The notes under the pieces were generated by a model, which worked only from the letters and a program-made list of their open reading frames with translations, had not been told where the DNA came from and did not search any database. The position numbers were made by a program, and so were the translations under genes. 45,082 nt of DNA from Octopus bimaculoides (lineage: Eukaryota): positions 117,457,681-117,502,762 of the forward strand of contig NC_068985.1 of assembly GCF_001194135.2 (NCBI RefSeq), given 5' to 3'. Positions 35,661-45,082 of the stretch are shown here, in pieces. Numbering within the stretch: position 1 is the stretch's first letter; each line of letters starts with the position of its first letter.

Positions 35661-37035
35661 TTTGTATTTGTTGTTAAATTGAGTATTGTGTCCCACTATG
35701 TCTGAAAGTTAGCAGTTCATCAAACAGAGATCTATAAAATAAATGCCACGTTGAAATAGGTACTGAGGTTAGTATAATCAATTTAATTTTTGAAGCTTTT
35801 ACTCCATCATGGCGATCATCGAAGGAATAAACCCAGTGAAATAATGTTTAAAGACTTAATGGATTCAAATTTAAGGTGATGGATTACTAACCACAAGATA
35901 ATGAGTTCAAAACTTCGTATTGGACCTCCACTCTATACAGTAACACTATATGTACGTCTCAGTATACTTGACTTCCAACAATTAACAATTGTAATTTGAA
36001 GATGAATGGTCAGCAGTAAGAAATATGTCCAGATTTCTTTAAAAAATTATTGTGCAAAATATTCTGAGCAGAAGTAATTTTTTCACGACAAAACACACAC
36101 ACTGCGAGGTGCCTATGTTGTAACTTGTGCTACTAAAAATAGTAGCTAAATCTCTCTTAAAACACACTCTTTCATCAAAAGAAAGACATAGATTTGCAGC
36201 ATTCCAGTAAGAAAAATATTTGCGATGGATGTGCTACATCAGACTAAACAAAACAGAGACAACCATACTTTACATTAAAATATTATCTCCTAAATAATAT
36301 TAATAATACAAAGAGTACCTACTAAATAAAACAAGTAATACAAAGACATCCGCATTTTATCAAAGTACACGAAGCACCCAACACTCAGACAAATACAGAA
36401 GTACTTCCTCATAAATGAAACATCCCCAGTACTAAATAGGGAATATACATAGAAGGTAGTCATACCCCAATATCAACAGTTCATATATACACATGTAGAA
36501 TTGTTAGTATGCTGTAATGTAAACGTATATGTGTATGTGTTTATGTAGGTAAATGGATATGTAAGTAAACAGAGAGATAAATTGATAGATAAGTACATGG
36601 GTAACACGGACAGAAAAACACACACACATACACACATACATACATGCATACATATATACATGCATACACACACATATGCATGCATACACACACATGCATA
36701 CATACTATGTGTATACACATGCACACTGGTGCACACATGCGCACCAAGAAACAAAAAGAACGCAGCTCTGATAACGTACAGAGTCAACGACATTTGGAAA
36801 AGTTGTAAGGCGCAACGAAAATTTTAGAAAAGATAATAAGTAAGCATATAGATAAATAGTAGCAGTCGAACCGGTAAGCGTGTTAAAAAATGAGGGACAA
36901 AAAGAGAATGAATCTCCCTAGACACAATAAAAAAATACTAATAAAGTTGACGGTGTTTCTTCGAAGTTTTATTCCCTGGTAAAATTCCATGTATTTTAAA
37001 CATTTTCTCATTTTACTCTAAGACATACTATTCAG

Positions 37036-37095
37036 GCAGAATTGCCTCCGTTAGCTAAAGACCTCAAAACTGTGCAACCTGACATCGTTTACGAG
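37036..37095 (+). CDS. Candidate 60-nt internal exon (AELPPLAKDLKTVQPDIVYE), gene unknown
   Basis: Pyrimidine-rich acceptor ...TTTTCTCATTTTACTCTAAGACATACTATTCAG, open phase 0-0 frame, weak donor GAG/GTTATT. Confidence 0.3.
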
Positions 37096-37802
37096 GTTAT
37101 TTTTGTAATAAAAAAGAATTGTTGTGCAAAAAACATATTTTATTTGGTAGCCGAAAGATTACTGAATCTTTCGATACCTAATACGTCAAAATTGGCAACT
37201 CAGTTTTCGAATCCATAAGGAACATACGCACAGACATACATACACACACACACACTCTGTTTTATTATGTAATATTTATATATATATATATACACACACA
37301 CAATACACACAGTCTATAACTGTTGAAACGGAACATTGTTTCCCGAACCATTCACTTTTCGTGTTATTCTACTCCTTGAACAATATATTTTCATAATGTT
37401 TATGCTATAATTTTTTTACATTTCACTGTTTCTTTATACTTTTTAATTGAATTGTTAATGTTTTAATTTTCAAACGTATTACATATATATTTAACTCTAA
37501 TCCCGTTTTACCCTCACGTCTTATCTACTCCTCCAGTTATGATGATTTAGCAACGTACTACATAACTAATGTCATATTTCCTTTTTGCTGATTCTAGTCA
37601 CTTAATCCTAATTAATTCTCAACTTATTTTTGTAATTTTTAAACTTTCAAACGTAATACATTGTATATTAACCCTAATCACTATTATCCCCAGTCTCCTT
37701 CATCAGGCAGTAATATATGTATCACCAACTAAGTATTAATTTTCAGTCTATGCATCTTATTTATTTATTCATTGTTCGTATATTTGATTTCTCTATTCTC
37801 TC

Positions 37803-37841
<39 letters not shown>

Positions 37842-37926
37842 TAAATTATAGGGTAGCAAAAAAAATTTTAGAAATTTTATTTACCACCAGTGGTCTAGCG
37901 AGAGTAAAAACAGTCAATAGACTATG

Positions 37927-38266
37927 TATTATTCATTTAAAATGCAGAGATGCCTATAATAGGACTTCTACTCGCTAGAAATAGCAGCAAAAGACTATAT
38001 ACCACAAAAATTAGGGATAATTTCGAAAGGAAATGAAAAATAAAAACTTTTACCAATCTATATTCTGTACCATGGTTTCAAGTCAATTTTAGTAAGATAA
38101 AAATTATATATCTTACAAGGTCGGACTATCATCAGCAGAAATGACCAGACAACATATGAAGCACGAGTCAATAAGCAGCATGGTTCGTGTTCCTATAGTC
38201 TTTTGCTGCTATTTCTAGCGAGTAGATGTCCTATTATAGGCATCTCTGCATTTTAAATGAATAATA
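37927..38266. repeat. 73-bp inverted repeat (72/73 identical) with a 194-bp spacer, ending in TA
   Basis: Arms 37927-37999 and 38194-38266 are reverse complements with one mismatch. Confidence 0.95.
38063..38140 (-). ncRNA. Type I hammerhead ribozyme with intact catalytic core
   Basis: Minus strand TTCTG-CTGATGA-T-AGTC-...GTAAGATA[9 nt]TATCTTAC...-GACT-T-GAAA-CCATGG-TA-CAGAA. Predicted GUA cleavage between 38068 and 38067. Confidence 0.8.
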
Positions 38267-38298
38267 TATATATATATATATATTCAATTTACCAAAGC

Positions 38299-38340
38299 AA
38301 TATTCGTTCAAAGCTAACATGTTAGTTTTGAACGAATATT
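38299..38340. repeat. 42-bp near-perfect palindrome
   Basis: AATATTCGTTCAAAGCTAACATGTTAGTTTTGAACGAATATT; one G-T mismatch pair. Confidence 0.95.
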
Positions 38341-39115
38341 TTTGACCACATTTTTTCAGTTAAACTCTAAATAATTATTTTCCGCTTTAACTCTTTAGGG
38401 CACACCCACCGCTCTTAAATTTCCCGCTCTTTTCTCATTTTGCATTCCTCTTCCCTTGCATAAACACTTTAAGATCATAAATGGTCTCCTAGCTAGCAGG
38501 TGATTTATGCCATTCTACTACATACCGCACTATTCCCCCACCACACACATCACGTGAATGGTCATTATTATTTTTATTCCTTGGAAATTGTCAGGGTTAT
38601 CTAAATTGCACCTTCCCTTTTGTCTATTTAACGGTGTCGGTGGTGAATGTTATCTAGTGGTCAATCAAATTTTCACCCATCAAACGAAATTTGGTACCAG
38701 TGACAAATGCTGTACTGACCGACCGCTATGAAAATTTTTAGTCCACATAAAGTGATTTGCTGTATATTGCCCTTCCTCATTTATTAATGTCCATAACTCC
38801 TTCTCCTCTTCCTTCTCTTTCTCCCCTCTTCCGCCTCCTTATTCTCCTTCTTCTTTATTATTATTCTTCTCCTTCTTCTTAGTATTCTTCTTCTCTATTC
38901 TCCCTACATGATCTCTATGATAATTACTCATCCTGTAACCGCACTTTTATTTATTCCCTATTTCCACCCAACATATGCCAAAACAAAATCATTGTTTCGA
39001 AGACGCACAATGTGAAAGCGCAAATATTACGTAAAATTTCACATCGAACTTTTATATAAACTGGTATTGCAAGCAAACTTGATACAGAGACAATTGTAAC
39101 GAAGCATTAAAGAAG

Positions 39116-39161
<46 letters not shown>

Positions 39162-39193
39162 GATTAAAATAAGCAACAGAATATCAAGGGATA

Positions 39194-39281
39194 ATGTAGT
39201 ACGCCCGTTTCAAGCGACTCCATTTAATTGCACAATGCAATCATTACATCAATTTAAATGCAGGGCTATCATCATCTGCAC
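39194..39281 (-). ncRNA. Type I hammerhead motif with one core mutation (C3 to A)
   Basis: GTGCAG-ATGATGA-T-AGC...GCT-T-GAAA-CGGGCG-TA-CTACAT, about 35 bp from (TA)n. Confidence 0.65.
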
Positions 39282-39583
39282 AAATAAATAGAATTTTAAT
39301 CAGTTGGACACATTAATATATTTTTTTCTGAAGCAGATGGAAGAAATCCATGTTGCCGCTATTGTAGCTAAGAATAGACTAGACTTCTAAGAAAGGCATG
39401 AAGCCCACTGGGGTCATAGCTTGAAAAGGATTGTGGCTCATTTCTAATGTATTTGTCTTTTATCAACTACTAAATCTAAGACTAGAGGACTGTGTCTGTT
39501 TGGAGTGGAGAGCAAGAGTGAGCTGATAGCCCATGGCTAGGTATGGTCATAGATAATGTCAAGATATTAGGAGTTGTAAATTG

Positions 39584-39622
<39 letters not shown>

Positions 39623-39810
39623 TTTATACAAAGATAAGATAATTAGACTCACAGGCACAGGTATGAGGTTTACTACCTTTGTAAGTGTGTCACTCAAATG
39701 CCCCAAATTAGAAGCTCTACGTTATCCATTGAATACTATTGAGTAATCTGTTCATAGGTTTGAAGTTCGCGCATTAACAGACACAAGCACACATGCACAC
39801 GCACACACAC

Positions 39811-39842
<32 letters not shown>

Positions 39843-40499
39843 AATATATATAAACAAATATATATACACAAATATTTATACACACACCCACATACATACA
39901 TATATACATACATGCACACCTACGTGTGTAGACCGGACTATTAGCATATTTCTCTCTGTATATATTTTACCACACATCCACCTAGTTATATCGACCGAAG
40001 AATCTATGAAACTATCTACTTATCTATAACACATCTAAGCATCAGCTACACGAACAGACAAATGCTTGCAATTCTGGTTGCGAAGATGATATAAATGCCA
40101 TTTAACCATAAAACTGACAACCCTGCATCGCTTTGAATTATTTAACGCACTTCTCATTCAAGTACATTCATTACTCCTTCTCACTAACTGTCTCCTAAAT
40201 ATCTTTATGTCTGCTACTTCTCTCTCACTAACACCATACCTATATCTATCTATATATCTATTTATCTACCTGTCTAGCTAGCTAGCAAGCTATACATTAA
40301 TCTACATGAAAAAAAATCACTCAGTTGCTCTGTCTCCTTTTTTTCTGCTTGGTTTATTTTCACTTGCGTTCTGTTCACTGCCCCCACTCTCTCCCACTCT
40401 CCCTTTCTCTGTTCATACCCTTCCTTATCTCTCTCCTTCCCTTCCCTGCCTTTGTGTGTGTACATGTCTGCGCAGGCGTGTGTGTGTGCGTGCGCCGAA

Positions 40500-41830
40500 G
40501 TACGTCTATCTTTGCAAACCGCAGGAACAAATTCAATATATTATCCTTCGCGAATATATTACAATTTTATTAAACAATTATTTTTCCGTGTTTCCTGTGT
40601 ATACTTAATTCTGTACACACATACATCTAATTATGAAATGTCTCATTTTTAACTATTTGCTATTTCAGTCATTTAAAAACTCAATTATGTATACCTTGCA
40701 TTTAATCTAGACTCTTTTTCTTTCTCAACAATATTCGTATACAAAATTCGTATCCACAGACCTTATGAAAATGATAACAACCAAGCTATGTTGAGTGGTT
40801 TTCTCGTATGAGTACAAACTGGGTCACTCTGCTGCAGATGCTCTACGGAATATCAAGCGGACCTTTGGTAATGGTGTCGTTGACATCAGAACTGTTCAGA
40901 GATGGTTTCAAAGCTCTCATTCAAGAGATGATTGCCTTGAAAATAAACCAAGGGGTAGACCAAAATCAGTTATTTGGCATGATGGGTTAAATGCTTTGGT
41001 TAAACGAAATCCGAGAACAAAGGTTCGAAGACTTTCATCAGAACTACAAACATCTCACACAACTCTTTTTGGACACCTGTAAAAAAACTGGAAAAGTCAA
41101 GAAAACGCACAGGTTTGTTCCACATCAACTGAACGAGATTTTTAAAAAACAGACGCCTCGAAATGTGCTCATTATTACTTTCTCGACCGGAATAAGACCA
41201 GTTTGGCATCAAGTCATTACTTGTGATGAGAAATATATACTCTTTGACAACAGCACGAGAACAGGACAGAGATTAGATGTAGGAGTCACCTAAACACTAC
41301 CCACACCCACCATTGCACCCTGAAATGTTAGTGGTCAATGTACGGAAGCCTGCGAAGGGAGTTATTCATTATTCATTTCTGCAACAAGGAAAAACGGTAA
41401 CAGCAACATCGTATTGCCAGGAAATTGATTTTATGCATGAAAATTTGAAAAAGAAGCAACCCAGACTAGTGAATAGAGATGACCTAATTTTGCTCCATGA
41501 CAATGCACGTCCTCACACTCCTCAAGCTACGGTCCTAAACATTGCAAAGCCTGAATTATGAGATTTTGCAGCATCGTCCCTATTCCCCTGATATCTCTCC
41601 TACTGATCATCACTTATTTAAGCATTTTAAGCTATTCATAAGCAAAATATCATTCGAAAATAGAGAAGAGGTAATGGAAGCATTCGGGAAGTTTATCACA
41701 GCAAAACATGATTTTGTTTTTAAGGATGGAATATCTGACAGAGAAACGTTGGGTAAACGTCATAAATGAACAATGATCATACTTTGATTAAATAAATCAG
41801 TTCTCTAACACTTCTGAAACATTTTATTGT
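40500..41830 (+). mobile_element. Decayed mariner transposon 1 (DD34D); 3' TIR probably in the gap
   Basis: HTH region, FVPHQL (WVPHEL motif), ITCDEKYI, LLHDNARPH, YSPDISPTD. Spacing becomes D34D if 2 nt near 41540 are removed. Frameshifted ORFs 40795-41769. The 5' boundary is approximate. Confidence 0.88.
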
Positions 41831-42683
41831 NNNNNNNNNNNNNNNNNNNNNNNNNNNNNNNNNNNNNNNNNNNNNNNNNNNNNNNNNNNNNNNNNNNNNN
41901 NNNNNNNNNNNNNNNNNNNNNNNNNNNNNNNNNNNNNNNNNNNNNNNNNNNNNNNNNNNNNNNNNNNNNNNNNNNNNNNNNNNNNNNNNNNNNNNNNNNN
42001 NNNNNNNNNNNNNNNNNNNNNNNNNNNNNNNNNNNNNNNNNNNNNNNNNNNNNNNNNNNNNNNNNNNNNNNNNNNNNNNNNNNNNNNNNNNNNNNNNNNN
42101 NNNNNNNNNNNNNNNNNNNNNNNNNNNNNNNNNNNNNNNNNNNNNNNNNNNNNNNNNNNNNNNNNNNNNNNNNNNNNNNNNNNNNNNNNNNNNNNNNNNN
42201 NNNNNNNNNNNNNNNNNNNNNNNNNNNNNNNNNNNNNNNNNNNNNNNNNNNNNNNNNNNNNNNNNNNNNNNNNNNNNNNNNNNNNNNNNNNNNNNNNNNN
42301 NNNNNNNNNNNNNNNNNNNNNNNNNNNNNNNNNNNNNNNNNNNNNNNNNNNNNNNNNNNNNNNNNNNNNNNNNNNNNNNNNNNNNNNNNNNNNNNNNNNN
42401 NNNNNNNNNNNNNNNNNNNNNNNNNNNNNNNNNNNNNNNNNNNNNNNNNNNNNNNNNNNNNNNNNNNNNNNNNNNNNNNNNNNNNNNNNNNNNNNNNNNN
42501 NNNNNNNNNNNNNNNNNNNNNNNNNNNNNNNNNNNNNNNNNNNNNNNNNNNNNNNNNNNNNNNNNNNNNNNNNNNNNNNNNNNNNNNNNNNNNNNNNNNN
42601 NNNNNNNNNNNNNNNNNNNNNNNNNNNNNNNNNNNNNNNNNNNNNNNNNNNNNNNNNNNNNNNNNNNNNNNNNNNNNNNNNNN

Positions 42684-42689
42684 ATATAG

Positions 42690-42754
<65 letters not shown>

Positions 42755-42757
42755 TAG

Positions 42758-42834
<77 letters not shown>

Positions 42835-42850
42835 CACACACACACACACT
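42684..42850. repeat. (GATA)n then (CA)n
   Basis: Direct reading. Confidence 0.95.
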
Positions 42851-42926
42851 ATATTTTTAGATTCTTGAAGCTACCACTGGTTTGATGTGGAAGAGGATAA
42901 AGAACACCCACAATATTTCAGATATG

Positions 42927-44191
42927 CGAGAGGTGTTCATTAAAGATTTCCCCGACCCATTTCCTGTTATTGCAGGAAAAGGAACTTGTACAGGTATAAA
43001 CATACTCTCTACATGTTATATTGCAAATTGCAGCTTTCTACTAGTATTCGTTTGTCTTTTACGGGTGCTGAAGTTGACTAAGATGTTATAATGGAGGTAG
43101 TTGAATGCACATCAGTGATCAAGTTCATATACTTGAAAGATCGTCTATCAAAAGAGACTTTCGATGAGATGAAAGAAGTTTATGATGACCATGTACCATT
43201 ATACAACGTAGTCAAGCAATGGCATTGCCAGTTTAACTGTGGTAAGACATTGCTGGAAAGTGCTCCTGTTCCTGGACGACCACATTCCGCCATTGATGAC
43301 GACATCACCCATAAAGTGGAAGCCGTCATTTTGGAGGATCGCCGCATAACTATTCCGCAACTATCCCAAAAAGTGATGATTAATGTAGGATCCGTGGAAA
43401 AAATCATTTCCGACCATTTGCACATGCAAAAGTTGTCTACATGGCGGATTTCTTGGATGCTCACAGCTTTTCAGAAGCAGGAACGAGTCAATGTGCCAAG
43501 AAAACGAGGAGGACGTTTTCGGTAGATTTATCACACAGGATAAAACAAGTGTCCATCACAATGATCCTGAGACTAAAGTCCAGTCGAAACAATGAAACCA
43601 TGATAACTCATCACCTCCACAGGAGGCTCGTGTCCAACCATCAGCAGGCAAGGTGATGCTCAGTCTTTTGGGGCCAGTGCGGAGTAGCGAAGATGGATAT
43701 TCTGGCAAAAAGCATCACAATTAACGGGGCATATTGTGCTTCGCTGCAGCAGAAATTGTGGGATGCCATTAAAGCAGAGAAGCATGGCATGCTGACCAAA
43801 GAAGTTCGCCTCCTCCAAGACAACGCCCCAGTTCACAATATGCATGTTGCGCAAATGAAAGCACATACCTGCAGCTATGAAATCCTTCTTCATCTCCCTT
43901 ACTCTCCCGACACCGCACCATCTGACTGCCACCTTTTTCCAACCTTGAAGTCTATTTTGAAGGGGAAGCAATTTTCGGATGATGATGAACTTATTTCCGA
44001 GGTGAAGTCTTGTTTCCAGATGCTACCTACTGACTTCTACAGGCGAGGTCTTCACAGCTGCATGAAGGAATGGGAGGAGTGTGTCACCCTTGGTGGTGAC
44101 TATGTAGAGAAGTCTTAATAATTATGCCAAGTTTCGTTTATCTCAGTCCTTGGCAAGTGGAACAGGGAAAACTTTTAACGAACACTCCTCA
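42927..44191 (+). mobile_element. Full-length decayed mariner transposon 2 (Hsmar2/irritans-like, 1265 bp)
   Basis: TIRs CGAGAGGTGTTCATTAAAGATTTCCC and GGGAAAACTTTTAACGAACACTCCTCA; TG/TA flanks. Transposase 43091-44118 has GRP, ITQDKT, LLQDNAPVH and YSPDTAPSD, with a frameshift near 43500. Confidence 0.93.
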
Positions 44192-45082
44192 TAAATACTG
44201 ATAATCGTCTGATGATTACCTTTCCAATATGAAGTATCTTAAGACGATATCTTGAGGATTTCTGGATAATCTTTTCCACGTAGAACTATTAGGAATATTA
44301 TAAATCCGCAAATAAATAATATTTATCCAGCACATGTCGTGTTGGGCACACACTCAAACTATGCGGTGCCAAAGTACACGCACACAAACACATATACACA
44401 CATGCGCGTGCATTCACATACATTCACACTCACGCACACATGTATGTATATCTTTATATGTGCGTGCGTGTGCGGCTGTGTATGTGTGTATCTGTTTGGG
44501 TGTAAGAGTGTGTGTGTGTATGTGTGTGTGTGGGTGTGGGTGTGTGGGTGTCTGTGTGGGTGTGTGTATATCTTTGTATGTGCGTGTGTGTGTGTGTGCG
44601 TGTGCATATATTTATAAAAAAGACTTTTGCAAAGAATTTTTGGGACAGTTCCAATATTTACAGAAATATTTACTTTAATGAAAAAGTATTAATTATATAT
44701 CATTAAAAAACACAGTGACAAGAAACAATTAGAAGAAAGTTTTCTTCCTGCGTTTATGTGTGTGAGTCTGTATATATGTGCATATATATAAATATATGTA
44801 TATATACATAATCATTTACATATATGCATACACGTATATATGTATATGTGTGTGTGTAAGTGTGTGTGCGTGCGTGTTTGTGTGTACGTATGCTTGAATA
44901 CATATTCATTTGCATATATGCTTATATATGTGTATGTGAGTGAGTGTGTGTGTGTGTGTGTGCGTGTGTGAATATATAATATATATTACATATTATATAT
45001 ACATACCGGTATGTTAATTTCAGTACGTATACGTAGTACACTGCACACACACACACACACACACGCATATATATATATATAT

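Noticed and set aside
44197-44250. ATCGT-CTGATGA...CTTAAG-ACGAT hairpin next to mariner 2
   Set aside because: It has GAAG instead of GAAA and no UH cleavage triplet before stem I, so it cannot be called a ribozyme.

Overview
Repeat-dominated eukaryotic draft-genome DNA with eight N-gaps (about 200-305, 3057-3911, 8008-8355, 11807-12348, 19717-19864, 24754-24970, 34279-34814, 41831-42683). The SINE types and the dense (TA)n, (GATA)n and (AAT)n microsatellites suggest an octopod cephalopod (inference). No protein-coding gene can be called with confidence; most entries in the ORF track are microsatellite translations or run through gaps. There is no CRISPR array, rRNA gene or intact tRNA gene. 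Recognisable content: about 13 tRNA-derived SINE copies of three types; fragments of Tx1, CR1, RTE and R4/Dong (restriction-like endonuclease, RLE) non-LTR retrotransposons; two decayed DD34D mariner transposons; and several MITE-like elements. The most notable find is a type I hammerhead ribozyme with an intact catalytic core (minus strand, 38063-38140). It lies inside a 73-bp near-perfect inverted repeat flanked by (TA)n. Degenerate relatives at 6011-6095 and 39194-39281 suggest a small (TA)n-associated, hammerhead-carrying mobile family (Penelope pLTR or retrozyme-like). All alignments, translations and folds were done by eye and need computational confirmation.
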